From: Hyphochytrium catenoides | Taxonomy: Eukaryota > Protista > Hyphochytriomycota | DNA: 64,000 bases | NCBI GenBank assembly: GCA_900088475.1 | Contig: FLMG01002348.1 | Coordinates: 1 to 64,000 of the forward strand | Direction of reading: 5' to 3' | Shown: piece after piece, positions 52,401-63,800 of the stretch | Layout: each line of letters starts with the position of its first letter | How positions within the stretch are numbered: position 1 is the stretch's first letter | Translations under genes and position numbers: made by a program | The notes under the pieces: model-generated | Databases searched by the model: none | What the model was told of the DNA's origin: nothing | What the model saw: the letters and a program-made list of their open reading frames with translations, nothing else

Positions 52401-52539
52401 TCCAGAGGGCACGGAGACTTGGACCGAAGAAGCTTTGCTGAAACTCGTAACGAGAGATTCAATGATTGGCGTCACCCTTCCCAAGGTCATGACGTATGAG
52501 GGTACGATAGGTCCCAAAAAAACGTCTAATCAAAGTTGA
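49444..52539 (+). CDS. Fused beta-alpha cobalt-type nitrile hydratase (single chain, 497 aa, 10 exons)
   Basis: Exons 49444-49672, 49893-50145, 50236-50513, 50784-50905, 51051-51161, 51259-51405, 51660-51742, 52042-52090, 52185-52246 and 52380-52539 sum to 1494 nt in frame. Beta motifs: [48 protein letters not shown]. Alpha motifs: [77 protein letters not shown]. Confidence 0.96.
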
Positions 52540-52614
52540 TCAAGCGCAGCAGGCAAAGAGATCTATACCAATAACATGACAACCTCCGAGATACCGACGG
52601 ATGACAAACGTTAT

Positions 52615-52644
52615 ATTACAGTCTAACGCATTACAGTCTAACGC
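52615..52644 (+). repeat. 15-bp tandem duplication ATTACAGTCTAACGC x2
   Basis: Two exact adjacent copies about 75 bp after the nitrile hydratase stop codon. Confidence 0.9.
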
Positions 52645-54729
52645 CGTACGCCGACATGATGAAGAACATCCGGATCCACACCCTCAATACTGCTCCTTCG
52701 CCCCTTATCTTAAGAGCGACGCAGGTGCCTCGTTCTTCTGCTAATTAACCTTATAAGCGTAGCCGCTCCCTAATCTGTTAAAATAAGGGAAATCTGCAAG
52801 AAGTGTAGAAGAGCAACTCGGGTGAATCTGCAGCACCGCTTCCTGTTGTCCTAGAGTTCTTTCTACTTGCCATAGAACTCGCTTCTGTTCGCAAGCAACT
52901 GCACCGGAGAAGCTCAAAGAAAGAAAGGCACTGAAAAGCTTCAGCCACAGCCCCACAACAGAATTGTGAAGATCTGACCAAAAGCATCGGGAACAGACAG
53001 AGTGCCTTGAAGATTATCTTATCCTACGCGTATCTACCATATTTCTATAGCAACCCGTATGACGAAGTCGAGACAGAGTGCTGGAGATAGAAGTGATCGT
53101 TTTATTTTGTTATTGGAGACCGTCCAATCTGTAATATTACGGAATCGAACTCAACTCGTATTGCCATGCGCCAGCACAATGCAAGGCTCCAGTTGAAGCG
53201 CCTCTCCAAGGCTCCCCCTGGACACCTCCTGGATTCGTGTGACCTATGTCCGATCTTCCACAAGTACTGGTAGTGAAACAGAAGAAATAGAAGGGCATGT
53301 AAACTAGACATATTTTGACACCAAATTTTGGTTTTGGTAAACGTCGCTGTAACGTATGCTATTTTTACAGCTCTTTTGTCTAATAAATGACTGTTTTTGC
53401 CAGGATGTTAACAATTTTACTGTAAAGATGGGATATTTTGCCGTAGAAGGTATTCAAACAAAGCTGCTCACTGCCCACCCATCTTCTCTCTCACCAATGT
53501 TCTTAAGTCATTTATAGAGAAAAGAGACAAGAAGAACCAGCATCCATGCTGTTCCAAATGGGAAGAGTGGCCAAAGCCGTGGACCAAATCTGATAGCTCT
53601 TGTTCACAACTCTTCCAGGATGTCCCATCCGCCCCCGTTGTTTGGGGTACATATTGTTTGGGTACAAGCAGGAAGAGGTCAGAAGGGGATTGTGCGCCTC
53701 TCTCTGCTTTCTATGCACCACCAATCCACCCACCTTCTCACTGAGACTTTATCCTTGTAAAGTTCTGTAAGAGGAGCACGTTTGTCCCACCAAGCACGAT
53801 TTCTGCCCATCCATCACCTGTTCCATCCCTCCACTGTACAGAGTATAGAAATAGAAGTAAGGCAGTAATTACCCGTCGTGGCCTAAAGTATTGACAGGTC
53901 AAGAATGAAGCTTGTACTAGGAAGAAAGCGACTTTTCAGAGCCTCATCATAGTTGGAGAGATTATAAGAACCTGGACTACTCTTCAAGGCATAAAAGAAG
54001 TGCACGACGCACGCCAGGGCTTCAGTTCAGAGTGATGTTTTTACTAACACCAGCATGCGTTATTTAGCTCCTTTCCAAGAAATGTACCTCCTTTTATACC
54101 GCTGAATCCGGTATCTACCAAGACCTGGAGAGGTGGGTGGAAAATGTCAGCACTGGCGTCACTACGAGGGAAGCCATGATGAAGCAGGACAATCAAGGGC
54201 CAAAGCTTGCTGCTGCAACGTTGGAAAAGTGGTTAAGGCTTAGGGAAAAAGATCATAGAATGAGTCACTGCTGACAATGCTTGTCACAAACACAGACATT
54301 CACCATTAGATTCGGTACCTCTTGTTTTCTCTGGGAAGATAAGAAATCATTTTCGTTTTCATTTAATACCTATTTTCGGACCGATCGCAGACATCAACTC
54401 ATCGGTTCAGGTTTAGGATATGCTTTGTGCCAGAAGTTCTCTTCCCCGCCATTTCCCGTCAGTTGTTCCCCCAAAAGTTTGGACCTAAAATCGCTTCCTT
54501 GGTCTCTGGTGCTTTGCTCTTCTCAAAGCCTTACCTAGCAGGCTTTCTTTCTCCTCTCCTCAATAAACCCTCTGCTAATTGACAATAACTCTACAGGGCC
54601 TAATTCCATATATAAGCCTAATAAGGCATCACTCTGTCTTTTCCAAATCAAGTCATTGCTGAAAACTATCCACATCTTAACTGCCACTCTGTCTCTTAAG
54701 GTTCGATGTCGTTTGGGTGCAGGTGCCAC

Positions 54730-55135
54730 TCTATTCCTCCTTGCCCCTCCTCTCCCCTCTTGTCACCTGCTTCCTCCTCCTAACAGACAAACGCTTGAAA
54801 CAGAAAGGGAGGAACGGTACTTGTCTACGTGAGACAGAGAGGCAGAAAGACTGAGTAACAAAGGGAGAAAGAGTAGGGAAAAGCAAGAGGGAGAGTGGAG
54901 GCGGATGGGAGAGAGAGAGACACGGCAAAAGGAGAGGAAGAGATGAAGGAGAGAGGCGCGTAGGTTTAGGGAGACAGCTGCACGAAAGGATTGCCTGTCA
55001 GAGACAGTCACAATCTCTTCTCTCCCTCTCTCGCCCTTCTGTTCCAACAATCTTCCCTGTCAGCTCCACAGAACGGAAGCTTCTCTTCTGCAGCAGCTTT
55101 TGCATTGTTCTCTTCTCTCTCTCTCTCTCTCTGTA
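54730..55135. repeat. CT/GA-rich low-complexity region
   Basis: Alternating purine and pyrimidine blocks with a (CT)n run near 55115-55132. Confidence 0.7.
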
Positions 55136-55706
55136 TCCCTGGCATCTTACAGTGGTGTCTGGAGTCCTCTGTGTCCCTCCCTGACAAGTCTTCACCAGTC
55201 CCATAGTTCTGTCTTTCCTTTCAAGAGAAGAAAAAGAAGAAAGAGATCGTGTGCGCTAGACAGGTAGAGCGGGAAAGAGGTTCTCTTTCTCCTGACGATC
55301 ACTAAGCTTTCTACCCTTTCGAGGCCCGCAGCGCATTCTCTCTCCTGATATTCAGAACTCTTAGCGTCCTACCGTCTGCAGCATAAACAGAGCTCCGAAG
55401 CGGCACTTTTCTAATTGAAGAGGCAGAAGAGACGAGACGAAAGCTGGAGGCTCAAGGGACTGACGTGCGACCAGGCGCGAGCATTCTCTCGCTCCTCATT
55501 TCAAGCACGGCAGCGTCAACGCCCTCTACTGAAAGGGCAAGCTTCATTGCGTAGCCCTTGGGGCTTGTACAGAAAACGATAGAGATTCTAAGCGGCGCGT
55601 CGGCGAAATTTCTCAAGTGAAGCTTCCGTTCATTTCCGCATTTTCTTTAAGGGGCACATATCGGAATTGATCTGAATAAGTGGATTAGTTAGAGACAGAA
55701 CAAAAG

Positions 55707-57002
55707 ATGGATCCTGCGCAGGAAACAATGTATACGCTCTCTACTGGGCGATCTCTACGCATCGTTGGCTATTCTAAGGACCGCGATGGAGTTATTCATT
55801 ACCATCTGGAAGTTTCGTATACCCCCGCAAATGGTAGGTGATACTCTTCCATTGTCGCTAAGCGTCTCTCTTGAAGCCTTTCCGCTTGGCTTCGAAGACT
55901 GCATTGTATACGACTCCTCCGTCTCTCCTACTCTAGCTACCGCATCGTCTCACAGACTAGGGAGAACGTAATGTTCTTCTTTTACGAACAGTTCTCAACA
56001 ACTCTTCCGAGTCTCTGCCTCTCTCCTCTCTCTCTCTCTCTCTCTCTCCCCCTCTCTCTCTTTCCTTAAAGGCAGGGATCTTTCGAAGGCGCTTATCTAA
56101 CCTACCAGTACCGCGTCTTGCTCACTCCTCTAAGGGCTGCACACACCAAATTTTTTCTCTCCTGGTCCGATAGAACACTTTCTAACTTTTTCTTCCTCAT
56201 CAGGTGAACCTCGTACCAAGTTCTTAATGAAGCGTTTCAATGACTTCAAAATGCTACATTCGTTTATGACGCGCACACTAAAGGAGCACAATGAGTCCCA
56301 TGGAGAAGATGCCAGGAAGTGCTGCTGGTGCTGGAACGCTAATCTTCCTCAGCTCCCGGCCTACGATATCCTCTCCCGCTTTAGAAGGTCGGATCCATCT
56401 CTCATCAACCATAGAAGAGCTGTCCTGGAACAAATTCTCGAGGTAAGACAAAGCAAGGCCGACTTGTGGTTAGGCAACAATGAGAGTGATATGTCAACGG
56501 GAGTAGATAGGACTCTTCGGATACACGAGTCTGCGCTGTGTTCTCTAACCCTCTACTTTTTTGCCGTTCGTTGTGCTAGGCTATCGAGGCTTGCTCACTC
56601 TTTAGGAGCAGTGACAAGTATTTGCAGTTCTTGGAGATGGAGTTCTTGTCTAGAGTCCCGGGCTCGCGATATCTGTCTCTTAAGGAACTGAGTGAGAAGG
56701 AGGCGCAAGAGAGCCATTCATTACATATGAAGATCCTGAGGAAGCCATTTCTCGAGCTCCTTTCTCCCTGGGCGACGCAGGGAGAGGGCACAACGGAGAT
56801 TGAAACCTTACTCCAGAAGAGGAAGATATGGGCAGAAAGTCCTCCACCTCATCTTCATCCAAACAAAATGTTCAGACCGTCGCTGCAGATGACGAACGAT
56901 GTCTTTGAAGGAAGAGGGAGAATGTCCATTGAGGGCGATGTAGCCAATGAGCGAGACGGGATCATGGACCTACCGCCTCTTGCGAACACTGCCCAGTGCT
57001 GA
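55707..57002 (+). CDS. PX (Phox homology) domain protein, 3 exons
   Basis: MDPAQET...LRIVGYSKDRDGVIHYHLEVSY|..KFLMKRFNDFKMLHSFM...LPQLPAYDILSRF...LINHRRAVLEQILE|AIEACSLFRSSDKYLQFLEM. This fits the PX pattern (RRY/FxxFxxLH, LPxLP, RRxxLExxL, xxFL). Stop TGA at 57000-57002. Confidence 0.85.
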
Positions 57003-57450
57003 GGCTTCTCTTCACATTACTCTTGCGGCGACTCCGTCTTCTTCGTCACTTTCTCGGAAGAGTTCTCTGTGCTCCTCTTTATCCTCTCTCTCTCTCTGGC
57101 TTTCTTAAACGCTGTATCCTGTCTCTCGCTGTGTCCGTCCAGCTGGACCTGTATCCTTGTCACATTAGAAAGATAATGCTCTGCGGCATTCTTGATGTAT
57201 CCTAGAAGTAAACGTCTTCGTATCCTTCTATATTTATTTTTCCCTTCTCCACTAATAAATGTTATACATCCCCTTATAAATACATCCCGCTGTGGAGCCT
57301 TATTAACCCCGAACCTAGAGTCTACCTTCTCTGCATTCACTGATGTTTTCTATGCTAGCCTGTTCCTGGTGTCGCCAAGGCTTGTGTGCATGAAGAAGGG
57401 TCCTTCACCCTACTTCAGATTGCTTATTAAGCCTCACTTCTACGCCTCTC

Positions 57451-59661
57451 TCATGAGCCTGACCTGCTCTGCGTCAGAAGGTGATAGAGAGATGCCGTCA
57501 GTCCTTGTTTCTCTCCAATACTTCGGTTGGCAACGTCTGCCATAGGGGCCAATGTGGAAAGCAGGTCGGGAGTTAAAGCTAGAAACAACTGCCTGATTGT
57601 CTGCTGCACTAACAGACAAGCGTACAGCTCTCCTTCTTCAATGTACAAGCCCAGTAGCTCCTCCAAATAAGAGACAAAGTGCAGGAAGAAGTTTTCCTTC
57701 ACGATAGGAAATAGCAGATGTCCGCAACAGGGCCACGGGATCTCTTTAAGAAGATTCGTGAGGCAGAAGAGAGAAAGTATACTCCCAACTTTCTCTTTCC
57801 CTCCTCTCTTCAACGGCGCTCTGCTGTTACGCGACGGCGGTACCCATAAAAGGGAGAGAAGAAGATCTAGGGATTGTCGAAGCAGACGGGCTTCCTCCTC
57901 GCGTTGGAGGCCTCCTTCCGGCCACAGAAAGCGCACTCTTCTCGAGAAAAGGAGGAGAAAGCGGTAATAGCCTACCAAGAGCCTGTTGAAAACTCTAGGA
58001 GGTGAGAGCTCCATATACTCTCTAAAGTCAACAAGAAGGGAAGAGAGAGGAAGAGCAATAGAAGCATCAGGGGCGAGAAGTCCACCGCCCTCTTCCACCC
58101 CATCGAGCAGAGCCTGTACGTTGAGCTTCTCCGAGATCACGAATGACGCCTTTTCTACTTTTCTTTTTCTCTTTCCTACAGTCTCTCCCGCCCAGCCATA
58201 AGCCCATTCTTCGCTTCCTATCTCAGCGACAAGGTGTTCAAGAAACCTCGCAGAACACCTTGTAAATGCCTCCACCATAGGGTCTACATCCACAAAAGCC
58301 CGAGCTAAGTCAGGGAAAAGATCTGAATGTATAGGAGGTTGAGAGCGATCAGCATCCTGTCGCTTTTTTTCCAAAGAAAGCGAAGAATGTAGTTGGCCAA
58401 AGCAGAGAATCTGGAGATCCGTAGGCAAGAGGAGGTTATCGCGATAATCAACCGCAGAAAGCGCTCCTTCAGAGTAAAGATTGCGGCAAACTCTCTCAAA
58501 CAAAATCGGGCATTCCGAGCGGTACCAGCACATCAATCTCTTTATGTTCCACCACTCCTGTTCCCTCATCCTTTCCTGTTCATCTCTTCCACTTTGTGCT
58601 ATTGAACTTAGGAGAGAGAGTAGCCGGGCTGTTACTCGGGCTTCCAAGTCATCCTGGTGTCGTCGGTCCCCTCCTGGGTTAAGTGAGACTGCTGCCAGCG
58701 CTTCCATTTCGTCTTGTAGAGGAACCGGAGGGCCTGGGGAGAAGGGAACAGGAGAAAGAGCTCCTTCTGCTCTATCTAACAGAAGACGAACGTTCCACTC
58801 TCTCAGCTTTGCTCGGGCCCAGCCTTTGGCTTCCCCAGAAGCTGTCCCTGCTGTTAACTCCTTCAGGAGCCAGAGTACCTGATCGCGCCAGATATGATGA
58901 AGGATGAGCGGCTTCGACCTTTTCTCTCGCTCTCTTCTTGAACCTCTCTTCTCTATGAGCCTTCCCCACTTTGCTATCTCTATTTCATCTTTGAGGTCTC
59001 TCCCAGTCTCTACAGGTGGTAGAACGGCCTTCAGCATGTACTCTAGGATCAGCTCAAAGGGGCGAGGAGAGGCATGATAACCTTCAACAGTGTGAAGAAG
59101 GAAGTTAACAAAAACTGACCCGTTCAATCGCAGTTTCTCTTCGTCTTCTCGCTTCTTCTCCTTTTCTTTCTCTTCGCCTTCTTCCCTATCGTCTGTCATT
59201 CCGCCTTCTGATGGCGAGAGGAGAAGGGCACACAAAACCAGCTTTTGGCGAGGACAGAGGCCTAAAACTTGGTTCCCCACGGTATCAGCTTCAGAGAGGA
59301 GGAGAGGAAGAGGGGAGTAGAGAGAAAGAGAGCTAAACTCGGAAAGGAGAGAGGTCGGCAGGACAGGGAGCAGAATGGGTCTGCGTATAGGCTCCATGGA
59401 CTCAAGCTCTTCCACGACATCGGGGTCAGCAGTGCAGTGAGAAGAAAGAGGTATGAAGGACATGTCAGAGAGGGATGGAGATGAAAAAGAGGAAGAGAAT
59501 GACGCTGCTGAAGAAGAAGCTGCTGAAGAAGATGATGGAGAAGAGGCAGGTCGGCCAAACGGTAGAATGCCATGACTGCACGTGGCTACATCCATGAGAA
59601 GTTCCTGCACCAGCTGCAGATACTGCGGACTTCGCAACCCCATCCCTTGACGCTCGTCCAT
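57451..59661 (-). CDS. Hypothetical intronless protein, about 736 aa, leucine-rich and predicted mostly helical
   Basis: A 2.2-kb uninterrupted ORF. The first in-frame ATG after an upstream TGA is at 59661. No family confidently recognised. Confidence 0.7.
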   Translation of the reverse strand: MDERQGMGLRSPQYLQLVQELLMDVATCSHGILPFGRPASSPSSSSAASSSAASFSSSFSSPSLSDMSFIPLSSHCTADPDVVEELESMEPIRRPILLPVLPTSLLSEFSSLSLYSPLPLLLSEADTVGNQVLGLCPRQKLVLCALLLSPSEGGMTDDREEGEEKEKEKKREDEEKLRLNGSVFVNFLLHTVEGYHASPRPFELILEYMLKAVLPPVETGRDLKDEIEIAKWGRLIEKRGSRREREKRSKPLILHHIWRDQVLWLLKELTAGTASGEAKGWARAKLREWNVRLLLDRAEGALSPVPFSPGPPVPLQDEMEALAAVSLNPGGDRRHQDDLEARVTARLLSLLSSIAQSGRDEQERMREQEWWNIKRLMCWYRSECPILFERVCRNLYSEGALSAVDYRDNLLLPTDLQILCFGQLHSSLSLEKKRQDADRSQPPIHSDLFPDLARAFVDVDPMVEAFTRCSARFLEHLVAEIGSEEWAYGWAGETVGKRKRKVEKASFVISEKLNVQALLDGVEEGGGLLAPDASIALPLSSLLVDFREYMELSPPRVFNRLLVGYYRFLLLFSRRVRFLWPEGGLQREEEARLLRQSLDLLLSLLWVPPSRNSRAPLKRGGKEKVGSILSLFCLTNLLKEIPWPCCGHLLFPIVKENFFLHFVSYLEELLGLYIEEGELYACLLVQQTIRQLFLALTPDLLSTLAPMADVANRSIGEKQGLTASLYHLLTQSRSGS

Positions 59662-60407
59662 CTCAAAGAGTAACACCCGAGACACTCAGTAATTCTTCTC
59701 TGCGCAGCAAACGTATCAAATCCCAACGTCAGTCCTTCTTTCACCCATCCCTAAACTTTCTTTCGCTACCTCGTCAGACCCGTATGTGTCGGCTTAGACT
59801 TTTATGGTACACCAGTCCAACAACGAGAGACGCTGCCTCCATCAGCGATTGAAGTGGGCCAGGCATTAGTAGTAGCGGCAACTTCATAGCCCCGCCCTAG
59901 CACTTCAGTGTCAAGACAAGCCCAAGTCAAGTCCCCGAGAACTCTGTCTCTGCTTCTGCTAGGATTGAAGCTCCGATAACACTCGTTGAAAGCTCCACCA
60001 AAGGGCTGATGAGGTTCTGATCCTTCCTCCTGGAGGACGTCTGATTTGACTCTGTCTCGATGGCATAAATGTCTTTTTTAGCGTTTTGCACTATGTCTTA
60101 CAACAAATTCGCCCTCTCTTCCCCGTTGAACGTTCTTCTGGTCTCTTCCTTAGGAATGTGCGCTATCTCGGTACAGTCATTTAACCTGCGCGTCTCTGTC
60201 TTTACTTTGGCTCTGTCTCGAACTTGGTGGCACTCTATCTCTTCAAGTAGACTCTTCGAGAAAGTGTTTAGCTTCTTTCACTCTTCAGGATCCTGGCCGT
60301 TAGCGGTCGGGACTGTAACAAACACAATCACAGAGAAGAGGCAGACGAATCTTTTGTCTCTGTGAGCCGGCCCCGCGCCCCGCCCCATGTCTTCTCCAGT
60401 TCTTGCT

Positions 60408-60538
60408 GCTCTCTCTCTCTCTCTGTCTCGCACTCTTTCTCTTTCTCTCTCTCTCTTTCTTTCTCTCTTCCTCACTCTCTCTCTCTTCCCGGTCTCTTTC
60501 TCCTTTATTTTATTCCCCTCCGTTTCCCTCTTCCTCCT

Positions 60539-60569
<31 letters not shown>

Positions 60570-60590
60570 CTCTCTCTCTCTCTCACGCTC
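60408..60590. repeat. (CT)n microsatellite / polypyrimidine tract
   Basis: Long CT runs are directly visible between two divergently oriented genes. Confidence 0.92.
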
Positions 60591-60853
60591 TAGCTTTCAG
60601 GTCATTTCTACCTCTAGAGCACTCTGTCTTTGTAGCTGGGATGTGATGAGCGAGAGAGAAGACAGACAGAGACTTCCCACATTAACTTGATGCAGGAAGA
60701 CACAACGCAATCGATCAGCAAGTGACCAACTGGCCGACAACAAACAGGAGCAAGAGGCAAACTTATTGAACTCTTCCGCGCAAAGCGAGAGAGACAGAAG
60801 AAAAAACGAGTGACCAAGCGAGGAAAGAAAGAAGGAAGAGACAGCGGAGCACA

Positions 60854-63800
60854 ATGAAGATTGTCATCAGATCAAGCGATGTAAGGATTATGAGCCAAGC
60901 AAGAAAGTGATAGCCTTTGACGCATTCTCCTTCTACTTCACTGTGGCAGTCTCTCTCTTCTGGGCGTGGTCTCTTGACCTTGTATGACTGCTAACAAAAC
61001 TTTCTCTCTCTTTAGGACAACGCCATTCCTTTGGAAGTGCAACCGACCGATTCTGTGGCGCTGACAAAGGTTCACGAAGCGCCAGGCGCCTTTGATCTCT
61101 GCTCCTTCTCTATGTCACGCCAACGCGCACTTGCTCCTCTTGCTTGAAATCGATTACCTACCTTGCCCTCTCCCGAGTTCCAAACTTCAGAGTCCCTCTT
61201 AGATGCTCTGCCCGTCTACGTTATCGTGTCTCCTCTCTGCCACTTCTCATCCTTCCTAAGCCTCTATCCCTTCTGTCATTCACATGCAAATATAGGCTCA
61301 TTACGTGGATAAGGTCCATGAGACCTCGCGTCGTGAGCTGAACTATGTCGTTCTGGTTCACAATGGGAAGATGATGGACGATGGGAAACAGCTGCGGGAC
61401 TATCATATCCAAGATGGAGCAACGCTTCTTGACATAGAGGTGGGGGCTCTTCTCTAGCTGCATCCTTGGACCTGTCTCTCTTTCCGAATCCTTCTTCCTT
61501 TCATTCTGGTGGGCTACTTTGACAATATCCACACTCAATCGTTCTTTCCTAGCTTTGCCTCGGCTTTATTGCTTGCACTCCTCTTGGGCATTAGTTCTTC
61601 GATACTCTTCTCCGCTGTTAATTGTCCTCTTGGCCTTCGCTAAGAGAAACGAACCCAACCCCTTCTTGAGCTTTAGACCTCTCTTTGCGCCTTCTACATT
61701 CTTCTTGTTCTTTAACCATTTGTATGTCCTCTTGCAGCCCAGTGCACGCCCATATGGCCATGTAGACTATCACAAGCTAGCAGCTGAGATCGAAAGCTCT
61801 TTAAAGGCAATGGAGGAGCAGGAGAACTGGGATAGGATGAGGACAGGTACCTTAGCATGGTGAACTTTGATTACATCAAGCTTCCTGTTCTGCTGCACTC
61901 TTCTGCGCCTCTCGTCGCTCCCACGTCGAGCTCTGTCCAGTGTAGCTGACAGAGACTCCTCCCTTCTTAGAGAACGTGTGGGCTGCAGATAAAGGTAATT
62001 TTCGCGATAAAAGAAGCATGCTTGCAAGCCGAGGACTGAGAACTGTGAATTATGTGTGCACCCTAAAGAGCTCGACATAAGCGTCTTTCCTTTCCCTCAA
62101 TAATCTTCTTATCCAACTAGTACCTGTTCTCTCTCTTCTGGGTTCTCCTTTCTGTGTAGAGGGCCATCTCCACGATTTGAGACAGGAGAGCAGTGACCCT
62201 CATGGTGGGCAGCTGATCAAATTGATGGCGATGAGGTCACCGCCGCCCGGCACTGGTAGGTCATCGGAGTTGTCCCATTCTTTTCTCCCCTGCCGAGGAT
62301 GTTCCTCGTTCTATTAGCGCTGTTTCACCCTTGCTTTTGAACTAGATGTGCGCTTTAGGTTCTTTGCGGTACAATCACTGCTCGTTCTCTCCAAATAGGT
62401 GTCTTCCCTTTTCCCACATCTTCTCTCCTACTCCCTGTGTCATCCCTAAGTCATCGCTTGGCCTTTCCGCAGACCTTCCGCACCACGGCAGACGTTTTCA
62501 TAGCCACTATTCAATCCGTGTGGGCACCTGCATCTTCAACGTTCTACCCAGGTAAGGGCCTCTTCGGATCCCTCCCATACTTCCTATCTCTTCGTCAGTG
62601 GCTCAATGGATGACTTAGGATGGAAGGGCGATGGAATGGGGAGATGATCACTGTGCCAAACCTGGATGAGGAAGTGCGTGTGTGCTCCGCCGAACTTATC
62701 TTCAACGAGCAACAGGGTAAGATAAAGCTTCTTGAATGTCTCGTCTCCTCTTTATTTATCCTTACTAGCCTGGCCAAGTTTGGTCCTATCTCGCTGTCGT
62801 TACGCTCTCTTCAATAGCTTTTCCACTGGCTCCTTGCTTCCGTGGTTTTCCTTCAAGACCCCAAATAATCTTATTTTTGCCATACAGGTGGGTGGATCTC
62901 TAGGCAGACTAGGACAGTCCACTCCGGCCTTACATCTACTCACGTAAGTATAGTCTTCGCCAATCATCAAGAGGGAGCACGGGGTAGGAGAAAGATGTGT
63001 GTCGGCAGATTGATTTTGGAAGCGAGAGAAAGGAGATAAGATGCAATGAATGACTAAAATACGTAAGCACTGATCGCCATTTGTCTTACGATATATGTCT
63101 CAGTACTACTGGATGCGGCCGATCGCTAACGGCCTCGTGCGGGTGGACACTGATGACCCCGCGTTGATGGGATGCGACATACGGCTTGAGGAACAAGGAA
63201 ACCATGTTCTCTCGATGGTCGCCATCTCTAGGAAGACTGGTAAGGGCCAGATTCCCTTGTTCCGGATGGGTCGTAACCCTNNNNNNNNNNNNNNNNNNNN
63301 NNNNNNNNNNNNNNNNNNNNNNNNNNNNNNNNNNNNNNNNTTGCTTCCGTGTGAGTTATGCCTTTGTCTGCCGTTTTGGTTCCTGCCGCAATGGACGTAG
63401 TTCCTCCCACTCTCCCGTGCCCTATGTTGATGACACCCCTGCGGCTTTTGCCCCTGCTATCTCGCTTGCTTCCTAATCATCCAGGCAAGCCTATATCCGT
63501 GGAGACCACCACTTGGATAGGTAACAACAGGCTAAGGACTATCCAGGTACATCTCTCTGTGGAGTGCCACATAACCTCCAGTTTGCCTCACCATTGGTCG
63601 CCTTCGCATGTCCGTACAGACTTTCACCGAGAATGGAGAGAACAAGCGCGTTTATGTCTTAAGCGAGAAGAGGTCTGACTGAACTACCATCTTTTGCTTT
63701 ATCTTAGCTCTGCTTTGCTTCTTCGGCCTCTGTTCTGCCTTCCTTCTGTCCTTGCTCTCACTGTATCGTTTGTAATCATGATTGCCTTGTCATCCTACAT

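Noticed and set aside
49444-52539. Bacterial contamination as the source of the nitrile hydratase
   Set aside because: The gene has nine spliceosomal introns and is contiguous with clearly eukaryotic genes.
47233-53275. CACTACCAG ... CTGGTAGTG inverted 9-mers that could be CACTA transposon ends enclosing the tRNA and NHase
   Set aside because: Only 9 bp match, the flanking 3-mers differ (AAG against AAA), and there are no subterminal repeats or transposase. This is expected by chance.
57140-57230. GTATCCTT motifs resembling U12 minor-intron donors
   Set aside because: They lie in the intergenic gap between two convergent genes and no gene model needs them.
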